Shown: positions 14,556 to 28,198 of the stretch, piece after piece | Numbering within the stretch: position 1 is the first letter of the stretch | Layout of the letters: each line of letters opens with the position of its first letter | NCBI RefSeq assembly: GCF_037042905.1 | Contig: NC_087245.1 | Location: 23,500,001-23,564,000 of the forward strand | Direction of reading: 5' to 3' | Source: Lytechinus pictus | Taxonomy: Eukaryota | Length of the DNA stretch: 64,000 bases | Made by a program: the position numbers and the translations under genes | The notes under the pieces: generated by a model | Seen by the model: the letters and a program-made list of their open reading frames with translations, nothing else | The model's database searches: none | What the model was told of the DNA's origin: nothing

Positions 14556-14760
14556 AAAATATGAAAATAAACCTCGCTCTTAAATGTAGGATTTTTTTCG
14601 CACGTTTACTTGGCTCACTTCTGTATAAAATGCCCTACATTTGCAACTTTGCAGATACAACCGGACCGATTTAATTATTTTCTCGGTGAACGTTATGTAA
14701 GAGTTCCATATTCCTGGTATTACCGATAAATAGTTTCACTGGGATCATTAAAAACCTTAA

Positions 14761-15359
14761 AGGTCAATTCCACCCAGAAAATTCTTGATTTAAATCGATA
14801 GAGAAAAATCAAACAAGCATAGAGCTGAAAATCCCATCAAAATCCGATGTGAAATAAGAAAGTTAAGACATTAATAAAGTTTCGCTTATTTTTTCCACAA
14901 AACAGTTACGTGCACAATTTAGTTACATACAAATGAGAGAATCGGTGATGTCCCTCACTCACTGTTTTTCATTGTTTGAATAATACAATATTTCAATTTT
15001 TTACAGATTTCATAATAAGGACCAACTTGACTTAATCATAAAAAGTTAAACAATGGTAACTCCACATATTTAGGGAGGGACAAAACTTTGTTTCACAGGA
15101 CAATGAGGACACAATTATAATATTTCATATAATAAAATGCAAAAGAAATAGTGAGTGATGTCATCAGTTCCCTCATTTGCATACCGAACGGGATGTGCAT
15201 ATAAGCTGTTTTGTGTAATTAAGTGAAACTTATAAATGTCATAACTTTCTTATTTTACATCCGATTTTGATGAAATTTTCAGTTTTATGCTTGTTGGATC
15301 TTTCCCCGGATCTTTCTCTTTTTATTCAATTCAACTTTTTGTTGGGGTGGACTTATCCT
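14761..15359. mobile_element. Kolobok-type MITE, family A
   Basis: TTAA|AGGTCAATTCCACCC ... GGGGTGGACTTATCCT|TTAA; homologous to 31665-32266 and 63385-63987. Confidence 0.85.
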
Positions 15360-17400
15360 TTAAGCATGATTGCCAACAGATAATGATATTGGCAAGGTAG
15401 TGAAAGTAAATCAGTGATAATTGTGTCCATTGTTATTGTCGATAAAGGGATAAAGGATAATGTGTTGATAAAAAGCCATAAAAAACAGTAGATAATAATG
15501 TTTTTGACAAGGTAGCGAAAGTACAGCAGTGATAATGATGGAAGTTCAAGAAAGCATGGTGATCGATAACAAGTGAAGGGAGGGGGGGGGGGGCTCTCAA
15601 GATATTTAAAAAAAATGTATACCTTAGTTGTTCAAGACTTTGCTTAATCACCTTTCCTTGTTAATTTCCCGATAATTAGTCGCACGCTGTGAACAGAGGG
15701 AGACGGCAACAAAACACGGTCATGACGTTCAACGTCAAAGTTAAGTTTGTCCAGTCAAAGTGATGCTTCAATATAAAGGTCAATATCAGGACTTAACATT
15801 TTTTTATAGTGTATTCAAAGTAGGATTTTAATCTTATGTATTGAGTGACAATATCCAGCTGTCTTTTGAAAATTATCCGTATTAGTTTTTCTGAGGGTCG
15901 ACAAGCAAGTTGGTAATCAGATTTACCAGTGACGCTGTGAGCATGGTGAGCCAAAATGTATTGAGATGGTAGAAAATGGAATTTTGGGGCAACGGTTGTA
16001 ATAGGCTATAGAGCGAGCGAATTAAAATTACCATATAAAAATCTATTATTAAAAGTAGATTTTGACATAACATTCAGAAAATGCTAATCATCTTTTTATT
16101 CTTTTAAGTCGTGGATTTTTTTTTTTTTGGGGGGGGGGGGTCGAGTACCCCAAGCCCCCAACTACATATGCTAGTAAGAAGAATCTAAATGAAATTGTCA
16201 TGCTCCTTCAAATTACCCAAAAGAAAGTTTGCCCGATATTCACCTGCATTCGAAAAGGTGGACCTGAAAACAAATTTTCACGGAAGAAGATAGAGCATTT
16301 CACAAGGTACTCTGAAACATGCCGTTTGAAGAGATTTCACATAAAATGTACATGTTTTGAAAATGCTCTTTTACAGATAATGGGAAAATACATGTCTTCA
16401 TATAACAATATACATGTGAGGTAATTGCTCACATTATTATCATGATGATAAGCAGCTAGCTAACCCTTCGCGCCCATCTATGTGACAAAGTTTATCTTCC
16501 TGTTCCTTCCTATGTACAAAACAAGGAACTTTCAGAGGGTGAGGGCATATGAGTCATTGGGTAAGAGAATTCACAACGACTTTACGTATTCGGATTGGCA
16601 GAAATGGGACAAGTATGTCTTTTAGAGGGAAGGGGCTACCCTCTCCACTTTGACTTTTCACGGAGGGCCTACGTGCAGTGAAGGGTCGGGGAATGAGACA
16701 GAAAAAGGAATTAAGTAGAAAGAAAGCTATCCAAAAGTGAGGCGTGGGTCAGGAGTAACTCTTTACGACCCCAATTATTCAATTTAAGAAAGAAAGAAAA
16801 ACCCCAATGACGTCATCTTCAGGAGTTCTTGCCCCCCCCCCATCAAATACCCTGTCACCGCCCCTTGAAAGCGATGAATTTTTTCTGCCGTGTTTGATTC
16901 ACTCTGAATCGTTTATTGCTTTATCCATAAACTAGGACAAATAGTATTTCCTAACCCATTTTTTTTTTGGGGGGAGGGGGTCTAGCTAGGTCTATTGTCT
17001 TAAGTGTTTCTGTGAATAGAATCATGACCAAGAGTGAGTAAGAAACTCGACTACATGTATATCGATATACATAAACCCGATCACAGGAATTCGAAACTGC
17101 CCCTTGAACATTTTTCATATTTTTCTCTAATAAAAATAACAATGTGTAAATTTTACCATGGACCCTATTATCCATGATGTTACCACCGAAGTGTAGTCCA
17201 TAAGAAACATTCCCCTTATCAAGGAAATTTATATCGAGACCAATAAAAGGGATAAAATTCCTGACATGAATTAATAAACTCCAGAATGATATTCTATTTT
17301 CTTGTGAATTTTGTGATTTTGACACCCCAAAACGCGTATTTTTTGAAATACACATTAAACACCGCTGAGTGCTCCAAGCACGAATCCCTGTGGTCGGAGG

Positions 17401-18485
17401 CAGTGGCGTAACAACGGGGGGGGGGGGGGGGGGGGGGCATGGGGGGCACGTGCCCCCCCCCCCCAATCGGCTGGCCCCCCAAAAAAAAACGGTGAAAAGG
17501 AGAAAAAGAGGGAGAAAGGAAGAGAAACATAGTGGGAAAGAAGAAATTATTGTTCATTATAATGTTATATTATAATTATGTTATGTTATATTACATAAGA
17601 AACTAATTTTTGATAACTTTATGAACATAATTTGCTCAGGGCCTATGTCTTCATTGTTCCTGGTGCTCGCATTGTCTGTTTAATGAGATATATAATCCTG
17701 TTGTACTAAAACCTCACGTTTTTAAGTCAATATAAACCAAATTTATTTCCTCGCACTTTGAGTTATTATTGTTTTATGTACTGACATATGCTTCGTTTTC
17801 ATGACTTCTTAAAGTGATTGCCCCATTTTAAGGTCTTAATATAAAACATTTCCTGTCCGTGCTTACGTTCGCTTTAGTGGATTGTTGAGATGCATCTGCT
17901 CTTCATGAATTCCTAAAATCGGTCCTTAAAAATGTCCCTTTTTCTGATCTGAATATAAAAAAATGTCAGCTCGCGCTTCGCGCTTGCATAATTTGGTTAA
18001 TAAAATATGATCTTAGTGAATTCCTACAAACAAGCCTTAAAATGCCCCTCTTCAGGTCTGAATTTCCTAAATTTTCAGCTCGCACATCGCGCTCGCAAAA
18101 TTTGATTAGTGAGATGCGTATGTTAATCATGATTATAATGACTACATTTGATTCATGTGTTTAGATGTAATTCTCACAAAATCAGCTAGCGCTTGGCACT
18201 TTCATTAGATGATTATGGTGAGATATGTATACTCTTGATGGATTCCTAAAATATAGCCCTTAAAATATCCCTGTTTGTGGTCAAAATATGAAAAAATTTC
18301 AGCTCGCGCTTCGCGCTCGCATTGTTTGTTTAGAGGTACGTATCATGATTACACAAAATTGCCTATAATGTCCCTTTTTAGGTCTGAATATAAATTTTTT
18401 TTTAGCTCGCGCTTCGCGCTCGCATCAGTAAGTGATTAAAAAAAATTCTGGTGCCCCCAATGCCGTGACCAACGGTACGCCACTG
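17401..18485. mobile_element. Non-autonomous hAT-type element (second copy of the 12341 family)
   Basis: Same TIRs and body as 12341-13797 with fewer internal modules; TSD GTCGGAGG / GGCGGAGG (7/8). Confidence 0.88.
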
Positions 18486-19404
18486 GGCGGAGGGGTGGCG
18501 AACGAACCTTGCTCTAGACCCCTATTTATTTATTTTCACCTTTAAATTAGGCCCCGTCTAATAATTCTGTTTGTCATTTTTAAGTGCTCCGTCTGGCGTC
18601 TTGTCAATCCTGGATCCACCCCTGTAGTTTGCCCGGGGGGGGGGGGTCGTATCATTTCAAGAAAGAAGATCATCAAGCTAATTCCACATGACGAGGTTTC
18701 ACTAAGAACGTTAGCTTCAGGCAAGCTTCACATCTCTTCTATTACATTTAGCCCAGCAGTTGCATGTGTTTCTGATGAAAATAGGACCAAAGCAGCCAGG
18801 TCAGAGGGCAAATTATTTTCGTGGTTTCCGGTTAGACGTACATAATTGGGTTGTGAATTTGACGAATCGCAGACAGACAGGTAGCAATGCGTTTAATAGT
18901 TAATAGTACAGTTCCTTTTAATCTCCCTCTTTCATGACAAATTGACGAGCATGCTTCAGGCGTCTTGTTGCCATAGCAACATTTGGTGGATGCCGACCAC
19001 ATCACCCACTCAATGTGTCGATAAATAGCCCGTAGATGTTGTCAAAGGATGCAGTCAATGGAATGTCTCTATATCCACGGTATTTTTGTCTTCCATTTCT
19101 ACCTAAAGGTCAAGCTTACTCCGACAGAAATTAAATAGAGAACATCAAACAAACATAACGGACAATTTTCTCTAAATCGGTTTTAAGACTAAAAAGTTTT
19201 CGTTAAAAATGTGCATAACTTGTGATTTAGGTATTGGTTGATTCCTTGATCATGTTGATTAGATAAATTAACAGAAAACTATTCCATTTTTGTTTTAAAC
19301 AGTTTTTATGACATTTTTTAACAAGAATAAATGCATATTCCTCGATATATTTTGTAAATCAATCGTTTCTTATTTCAAATTATCACAGAGGAAAGGAAGA
19401 TATA

Positions 19405-20763
19405 CAGTGTGTATAAAAAAAACGGGACAGTTTTGAAAAGTCTATAAAACATTTGTTTTGAATTATTATATCTATATCTTTATGTTAATAGATGATCTGA
19501 TGTCTTGTCTTTGAATTGCCATTTAAAAAAATAAATTTTGTTCATGCTTGAGCGAACACGGGACGTTTTTGTCGGGGGTTCAAAAAGAGGCTTGCGCCAA
19601 AATGGCAGAAATTAGAAATTTGATGATTAGACTTTTGGCTAATCAGCACACTTCCTCTTAATCTTTTCATTTTCTTTGCCATAATTTTTGAATTATGCTG
19701 TCAAATTTCATGTACAAAATTAATTATTTACCTGAAATATTTTGTTTTTCATTTAAACTTCTTTTACCTTTGAATTTTCCTTATTAAGTAAGAAAAGAAG
19801 ACTTTTTGTCAACCCAAGTAAGAAGATTTACATTATTAATTGGGAGAATTTGTAATTATTCAATTCCTTTTATTACTGGTATGTGAAACAAATTATGTTA
19901 TGGTACCTATAAAAGACATGAATCCTATTTTCAAGGGGTTATTGAATCCTTCACCAAGTTTAATTATGTGCTTGACAGGACAAACAGGAAATAATTCATG
20001 TCTTTCAATGGCAATGGTGTATTGAGTCAAGATATGGCAGATCGGGTAAAATGTATTAAAAGGTTGTGAAGCGAGCAATAAAAGATGTCCACCTTTTTTT
20101 ATTAAAATATCAAAATTTGTGATTTTGACATAATATTCAGTAAATGATATCATATTTCAATTTCTATGTTTTCTGTTATTTTCCTTTCCACTTTTTTTTC
20201 TTGGTCATGATTTTTTTCTATTTGGGGGGGGGGGGGATCACCCCGAGCCCCCACCCATCAGTATGCCACTGTACAAAGGCACCATAACCTTTGTAGCACA
20301 CAATGAAAGGAATTGAAAAAAAAACACGCTCTCCCATACTTCGGTTTAAAAAAAATTGTTCTTGCCTATAAAGAAGGAATATTCAAAGCTAAAAGAGAAC
20401 ATATTAAAAAGGAACAACAACAGAACTATTCAAGCAAAAAAGAAGATTTGGAAATGCATTTTGACCGCATAATTCGAAAATTATGGCAAAGAAAATGAAA
20501 TGAATAAGAGGAAGTCTGCTGATTAGCAAGAAGTCTGACCATCATATTTATCATTTCATGCCATTTTGGCGCAAGTCTCTTTTTTAACCCCAGACAAAAA
20601 CATTCCGTGTTCGCTCAAGCATGAACGAAACTAAATTATTTTAATGGCATTTGAAGGATAAGACTTCAGAGCACCCATTGACACCAAAATATAGAGATCA
20701 TGAATTGAAACAAAAAATGTATAGACTTTTCAAATCTGTCCCGTTTTTTTTTTATACGCACTG
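19405..20763. mobile_element. Tc1/mariner-type non-autonomous element with long TIRs
   Basis: TA|CAGTGTGTATAAAAAAAACGGGACAG ... CTGTCCCGTTTTTTTTTTATACGCACTG|TA; inverted homology extends ~250 bp. Confidence 0.8.
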
Positions 20764-21100
20764 TAGTTTGGGTCGGCCCTGGTGGATTTTCTTTAAATGG
20801 AAAATAAAGCTTTATTAGAAATCAGCCCTCTGATAAACAACATAGATATAATTGGGTGTTTGAAAAGGCAATGCAATCAACATTCTTGGCAATCTCGCCT
20901 GAGCACAGCTAGACAGCCGCAAATCGTATGGGCATTGAATTTGTCAGTAGTATATAGGAGAATGGTATCGTGGAATCACAAATTTGATTAAGGTTCACTT
21001 TGATCAATGAAATTCCCTGGCAGTGCATGAACTCGACTCAACGACTTAAGTTCTGATCTGATGGTACCTTAAAGAAATGTTTTTTTTTTCCAGGACTTAA

Positions 21101-21442
21101 AGGGATCGTTTAACATTGTGAGAAGCTGATTTAAAAAATTCTCAAATTAAGATGAATTATGTTTATGAGTCTATGTACTTGTTCTAAGAAACCCTGGAAA
21201 TCATCTTTAGTTTGAATGAAAAGTTGTTAGTAGGTAGGAAAATGTGATTATATTAGAACTCGTCTACTAGACGATCTCCCAAATTACTGAGACATCCCGA
21301 TTTGAAAATAAAATTGTATGCCTCCCTCTGCGTTGAGATCGTAACGGACACGCAAGCGAGAACTGTCAATCAACCAACAGTGAATGGGGGCAAGGCCGCT
21401 CCGGTCGGCATGTAAACATTACATGCAGCGCATGTTCTCTGC
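21101..21442. mobile_element. Left part of a Kolobok-type element interrupted by the giant foldback
   Basis: TTAA|AGGGATCGTTTAACATTGTGAG terminus. A matching inverted terminus lies at 59550-59588 and a weaker candidate near 49690-49712. Confidence 0.55.
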
Positions 21443-21469
21443 TATGGGGCGCCAAGTGTCCGCCAGTGT

Positions 21470-22080
21470 ATTCCGTCCAAATCACGGCATTCCGTACACA
21501 AAATGTGTTTTTATTCAGACGAAAATCATTTCGTCATGACGCTTTTTTATTTCGTACACAAAATTTATTTTTTGTCACACAAAATCAATTTCGTCTCGAC
21601 GAAATGCACGAAATCAATTTCGTCTAGACGAAATGTAATTGCGTCCACAAAGTTTATTTGGCGTGCCATACGAAATGAATTTTTATCAAACGAAATGGCG
21701 CACCAAATGTCCGATGGTAAATTCCGTCCAATTCACGCAATTCCGTACACAAAATGTGTTTTTGTTCATATGAAAATCATTTCGTCATGACGCAGTTTTA
21801 TTTCGTATACGAAATTATTTTTTGTCACACAAAATCAATTTTCGTCGAGACTAAATGTAATTGCGTCCACAAAATTAATTTCGTTGCGATGCGAAAATCT
21901 ATTCCGTCGACGAAATCATTTTGTGTCAAAACCACAAAAAAATTTCGTTGACGAAATGATTTTGTGTCAAAACACAAAAAAATTTCGTCGACGAAATGAT
22001 TTTGTGTCAAAAGACAAAAAAATTTCGTCGACGAAATGATTTTGTGTTTTGAGTCTTTTTGACATAAAATCATTTCGTCT
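21470..22080. repeat. Left subterminal repeat domain of the giant element
   Basis: Duplicated block with ~250-bp period (ATTCCGTCCAA at ~21470 and ~21721), then ~38-bp units containing the palindrome TTTCGTCGACGAAA. Confidence 0.85.
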
Positions 22081-23384
22081 CCTCTGTCTCGAAGGGGACA
22101 TAAGAAGGTCGCTGATTGGCTGCACCTTGCTCAAGCTGTTTTCGCTCCGGGACGATCACACTTTTTCACAGCTCAGATTGGCATGTTGGTGAACTTATTA
22201 GCTTAGATTTCACGTTATTCATTCCTACATGAGCTGCATACAACTGCTCTAATCGGTAGGATGTGGACGGACATTGCATTCGTAAGTTCAGCTATGTTTT
22301 CGACTTCAAAATTACGTTGAAAAAAAAATGGGAATTCGTTAGTCGTTACCAAACTTGCATTTGCAAAAAGCTGTGTAACAATACTAGTCCCGTGTATTTA
22401 AGTTTATGTACTGTAGTCAGCAGACCATTGGGGGGGGGGTCTTTTCTGCACACCTAAAAAGTAAAATGGTTATGAATTATACAGGTTGAAGATATTTAGG
22501 CTTTGATCTTAATAAATAATGTAAAATTCATTCCGAGCAAAATGCTGAAAATTTCATTGAAATTGGATGACAACAAAAGTTATTGATGCCTGGCCGTACA
22601 TGCCGTATGAAACTCTAACGTTAGGCTACTCCACTCAGTGACTCACGCGTATTGCGAGGGTTAGTATTAGTATACTAACCTCGCACCATTAACCACGTTT
22701 GGCAATGGATTTCTAACTAGTGGGTCACGCGTGCTGTGATCCCACTTCTGGTGTCCACAACACACAACTTCTATTGCTTGATTTTTCTGTGCGCGGCGGC
22801 ATGTAATGAACCCTTGAGTGACTAGGCCTAAAAAACTCAGGCAATGGTTCGTATAGCCAGCCATTAAACACTCCACTATAGCCTATAGGTGAAGCGGAGG
22901 TAAGCAGTAGTGAAGTGTAGTGGAGCTTACACGAACCATCGCCTGCATGCTGTACTAGTATAGTTGTGGTAGCCTTGGCCCTGGCCCCACTCATTACTAG
23001 TTCGAGGTTAGTTGCTACATATAGACAGTTGCTACACTACAGTACATGTATTATTATAGACTATAGTACTAACCTCGTACACCGAACTGCATTTGGCCCT
23101 GGATTTCTGTGAAGTTGGCAAATATCGCTTCATTACAATACAGAATTAATATTTGCCGAAACTCCTCGCTACTCATCGGGGCGCTTTGCGGTGAGTAGCC
23201 ATAATACAAAAAGTCAATAGTATATTTTTAATTAAATCAAAATCATATTAAAAAAAAAGCAAATTTGATTACTTTGGAGTTTGGACTAGAAAGTGACTTC
23301 GCGTGTCTCTTCTTTTTACGCAAAGAAAAGGAAGCCTGATGGTGGCGCTAATAAATTTCACAGCCTTGATTCAGGCTCGCTTCA

Positions 23385-24223
23385 AATGCAGCTCCTCGGT
23401 AATTATGCCCCCGCAGACAAAGTCCGGAGGGGGCATAAAGCGTTGCCCCTGTCCGTTGATTCGCCCGCCCCCCACTCGGTTTCCGCACAATAAATCGAAA
23501 TATATTTCGATTTATATATATTGGTTAAAAAAAAATATGTTGTGTAGGTACATGACACCATAGTACAGGCTAACTTTGAATTCGGAGTCTGCAGGTCCAA
23601 GGTCACAGCTCATGAAATATCCGAGTTGGTTTCCGCATGATGACTTATGAAATATTCAACAGATTTATAAAATTAGGGTGTGTAGGTAGATGACACCATA
23701 TACAGGCTAAGTTCGGAGTCGGCAGGTCAAAGGTCACGGCTCATTAAATATGCAATTTAGTTTCCGCATGATTACTTATGAAATATTCTACATATTTAAC
23801 CGAATTTGAGTGTGTAGGTAGACGACACCAAAATACAGGTCAAGTTCGAATTCGTAGTCGGCAGGTCAAAGGTCACGGCTCATTAAATATGCAATTTAGT
23901 TTCCGCATGATTACTTATAAAATATTCTACATATTTAAACAAATTTGAGTGTGTAGGTAGATGATACCAATACAGGCTAAGTTCGAATTCGGAGTATGCA
24001 GGTCAAAGATCACAGCTCCTTAAAGATATCTTATGAAATATTCAACAGATTTTTTAAAAATTTGGGTGTGTAGGTAGATGATGATGATGATGATGCATAG
24101 CATTTTTACAGCGGCGTAACAGGGTTCGGTGGCCAGGGGGGGGGGGGGGCAAGAGCCAAAAATTTCCCGGTCATATCATGGTATGAATAGGCGTAATGGT
24201 GTAATAAGGCGACTATTTTGAGA
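23385..24223. repeat. Single left-arm copy of the unit amplified x4 in the right arm (HINE-like 5' end plus ~120-bp subrepeats)
   Basis: TTATGCCCCCGCAGACAAAGTCCGGAGGGGGCATAA head followed by tandem GCAGGTCAAAGGTCAC-containing units; reverse complement of the 44277-47228 units. Confidence 0.85.
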
Positions 24224-25735
24224 AGGCCAGAATTTATCTTTAAAAAAAGTTGCGAGCGAGCGAAGCGAGCGAGCAATTTTTTTTTAACCTTTTTAATACA
24301 AAAATCCAATTTTGTGATATATTTTGACATGATATCCAGATAATAAATTTATTCAATTCTTCTCTCTTTAGATTCCTTTTTTGTCACGGTGGTCTGTACG
24401 CCACTGTGAAGAGGATTCTTTGCGGCAGTAGCGTGAAGAGTAAAAAACAAAACAAAAAAACAACGAGGAGCGCAGTATAGAACATGTGCCAAAAGGCTGC
24501 TTTATATATATAAGTCCTGAGCGAGCGAAGCGAGCGAGAAAAAAAATCAACTTTTCATGAGAATCTAACTTTGAGCTATTTTTTTAACATATTCAGTAAT
24601 TAAAATCATATCCTACAATACTTTTCCAACAAAAAAGGAGGTAATTCCTCCTTTTTTTGTTCTTGGCTGTAGAACTTTTTGGGGCCATGGCCCAACCCTT
24701 CCATACGCAGTGCTGTGCGTTTGGGGTCCAGGGCAGAGCCCCAGGAACTTCTTGATATCAAAGCCATTTAAACCTTGCAGAAATCCCCAATTTTAATCAA
24801 ATCGCAGGCATAATATAGCTTTTACACAACACATTTATTCAACCCAGTTGCGTAATGAACCAAATATTTTGAGGGGGCAAAACATAGAAATGTGGGAAAA
24901 ATTTGTAAAAAGTCGCCAGTGTGCAAAGCGAGCTGGAAAAAATTGCCTATTGAAATTACAATCTAATTATGTGATAGATTTTTCCATTATATTCAGCAAA
25001 TAACACATTTCATTGTTTCCATTCATTTCATTATACGTCATGCACGTTGTCTCCTATAAAATTTCTTTTATATCCTCTTGGGTGTGGAACCACGACCCCC
25101 CCCCCCCCCCCCGCCTGTATGGCAGTGATTGAACGTGATTGAACGGGGGCGTTATAGAGCCATTTGAAGATTATAAATGAAGAGCCCCTACTTTGTGGGG
25201 TCTGGGGCAAAGCCCCGGTAGCTTATTTGCATAAAATTTAGAAAACTTATAACACAATGTTGTATGCAGTCCATCTTTCTTCCCGCTCTTTAATTTCAAT
25301 CATCAGCAGCCCGGTCGTGTTATATTTTTTCTTGTTCCTTTTCTTTGTTTTCTAATTTAGCTCTTGACTAATTACATTCTACCTTCGTTTCCCGCTATTG
25401 TTTGCCATTTTGTCATCTTTTAATTTATTTCCCACCGTGCTATTGCATTACATAGGCCCTTTTCTCAATGATTTGTTCTTTTTCAAATGTAAATTCTATC
25501 GTACATTTTCCCGCTTTCCTCCCTTTTCTACTAAAAACAGTTTTTTCTTCATTGTCTTTTTCCTTTTCTCTTTCCATTTCCCTTTCCTCCTTTCCTTTTC
25601 CCCTTTCCTTCCCCTTTCCCTTTCTTTCTCCCTCCTTTTTTTCTTTTTCCCGTTTTTTTTATTTTCCCGGTGAAATCCGCCAGGGGGGGGGGCAACTTGC
25701 CCCCCCCTGCCCCCCCCCCGCCTGTTACGCCACTG
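24109..25735. mobile_element. hAT-type MITE shared by both arms (left copy)
   Basis: CAGCGGCGTAACAGG...CCTGTTACGCCACTG; 8-bp TSD CATTTTTA / CATTTCTA; mirror copy at 42784-44388. Confidence 0.85.
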
Positions 25736-26025
25736 CATTTCTATAGCACCATATATCTGTCAAAGACATTCAAAGGCATATTGGAGGAGCCAGCCAATCT
25801 GGGTCGCCTACAAGGGCGCGCACACAGAACTGTGACCCGCAGGTCTCTCCTCCCGATAACTGGTTGGGGGAATGCAGGTGGACCACTACACAGGGTCATT
25901 TAATATGCGAGTTGGTATCCTCATAATAACTTATAAAATTTCAACAGATTTTTTAAAAATTTGGTGTTTAGATAGATGACACCATAATACATGCAAATGA
26001 GCCTCGAAATTCGAAAATTATAATA

Positions 26026-26610
26026 TTAAAGCAATATTGACTGGCCTCGGGGCGATACGACATATATCGCCCAAACTAGATTTATATCGCCCGAGTCGTA
26101 GACGAGGGTGATATCAATTTAGTGATGGCGATATATGTCCTTTCGCCCCCAGGCCAGTCAATATTGCTATTATTAACCAAATCAGAAATCTAGAGCAAAA
26201 ATCGTTAAAATTTAGATGTTTTAAATTTTTAGAATGAGAATCTACTTTCTCATGTTGAGCAGACTGGGCCTCTGAACTTTACCATTGTGACGTAGGTGAA
26301 ATGACGCGTCCCTGCATGGCCAGGCCGCAGTATCCAGCGTTGTCTCAACTTGATTACCATTATGACGTATAGCACTGCGCGGTTCAAGGACGCGTACAAC
26401 TTAACAACGCGTAGAATACCCGGATGTTAGCGCTGCCTTTTATTGCCCGCTACATTTCCACGCATTTTCTCATTGACTTTTCTGAGCGGGCAATAAATTG
26501 GGCCCGTGGATAAACAATTGGAATTTTATTGACCGGCCATTTGATCCCAGTCTTAAGCAGGCAACAATGTTTCAAAGTTGCCCTGCTCAGATGTCTGATA
26601 CGGTTAATAA
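26026..26610. mobile_element. Left-arm-specific element with an internal region complementary to both termini
   Basis: Absent at the mirror site (~40660). 26143-26167 is complementary to the left end (26031-26055) and the adjacent 26171-26186 is complementary to the right end (26594-26609). Confidence 0.7.
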
Positions 26611-27424
26611 TACATAATAATTCATGGAAAATGAATTATATTGCACACAAGTGGGATAAATCATTCAATAGTAATTGTAATGCACAGAATTATAACAAGT
26701 GTTGGTAAAACATCACAAAACCATTCATTTTAAAGTAGTAAAATAATTGAATTGACAAAGATTCTACCACTTCAGGCCATCCATAATTTGACTCATACTC
26801 GTTGCTTTCAGACCCTTATCAAGATTTTGATAAATTCTCTCTCTAATATATGCATAGAGTTTATAAAATCGTGTGTTTCGGTATCTAAAGAGTTTATTCA
26901 TGATGATAATATTTTGATGGTGTTTGGAATCCTAAAAACCTGTATAATTATCATCATTTTAGGAAGAAAGCCTGTATGGTTTACTTAAACTATTCAAATT
27001 TGATATCTGGGGATACCCATCTCAATGTCCACATACATGTGATTATTTTTTGTCATGAAATGAATTACTGATAATTTCATTTCCTCAGCAATTTAATGCC
27101 CATGTCTGCATGTTTGAGTATGTTTTATGCATATTTCGCCACTGCTATTATTTTGATAGGATGTATTTCCAAATTCATCACAATAATTGTAAGTTTTATC
27201 ATAATTTTACTTTTTGAAAATTATGCTATTTTTGTTCCACCAATAGTATCAATATGACGATATCAATGGATTCTAGTTAATCCTTTTGGGTAAGATTGGA
27301 ACTAACTCTGTGTTTAATAGATAAAGATATATGACTAACTTGTCCAGGTAATGAGAAATGGGCCCCTGCTGAGTAGGCCTAGAGTTTTTATGCCCCCGCA
27401 GACGAAGCCCGGAAGGGGCATTAA

Positions 27425-28198
27425 CCCTAAAATGGCCGGGGGGGGGTTGAATCAACCCCCCCCCCCCTCAACATTTTCTGCGATCATTCCGCCGCGCGAA
27501 ATTTTTTGACCGCGCCACTCACATAGTTTATACTTTTAAGTCTCGCGCATCTTTTGAGACCAAATTTAAGACCCCCGGGTACGCGGTTCCGAAATTACGC
27601 AACATTTTGTAAGTGCATGTCAGACCAAAAATTGTTCCAAAACGTGATTTAGTGTACAAAGTCAATGCAAATTGAGTTTTCTCATCTTATTCATAAAGAT
27701 ATGATTATTTTTACTTTATACAGCTGAAAGCAATTGATTTTAGCATAATTATGCTTCAAAAAAGTTGTGCAATAAATCTGGTGAAAAAAACAAAGAAAAA
27801 CAAAAGGTTGAAAAACAAAGAAATACATAAGAAATTCATAAAACAATAAAATACATAGGAAATTGATTTCCAAACCGAAGTTTTTTTCAATTGCCATTGT
27901 TAAGAATGCTACAAAGAATATTTTTTACCAAAAATTAGCATTCTAGGAGCTTTATTTAGTGAATTAGAGCAAAAAGTATGATTTATGCATAAATTAGCAT
28001 AATTAATTCATATAAAATGAAATCTCATTATTTTGGAAAATTTTACCATACAGCCTTGTAGATTACATCGCACACTACCAGCGTGCAAATTTTTGCGGCG
28101 CTCGCGCGATCGGCGGCTGAGAACTCAGGGGGGGGGTTGAATCAACCCCCCCCCCCCCCCGGCCACAGAACAGCCAAAAAAGCCCGGCCTAGTTAGGG
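27425..28198. mobile_element. piggyBac-type MITE, left-arm-specific
   Basis: TTAA|CCCTAAAATGGCCGGG ... CCCGGCCTAGTTAGGG|TTAA; the right arm has a single TTAA empty site (~39455). Confidence 0.9.

Noticed and set aside
17406..17465. Long poly-G/poly-C tracts as G-quadruplex regulatory elements
   Set aside because: They are recurrent subterminal parts of the MITE families across the window; there is no locus-specific evidence of function.
21900..22080. ~38-bp periodic palindromic repeats resembling a CRISPR array
   Set aside because: No unique spacers, no cas genes, and a eukaryotic context; these are transposon subterminal repeats.
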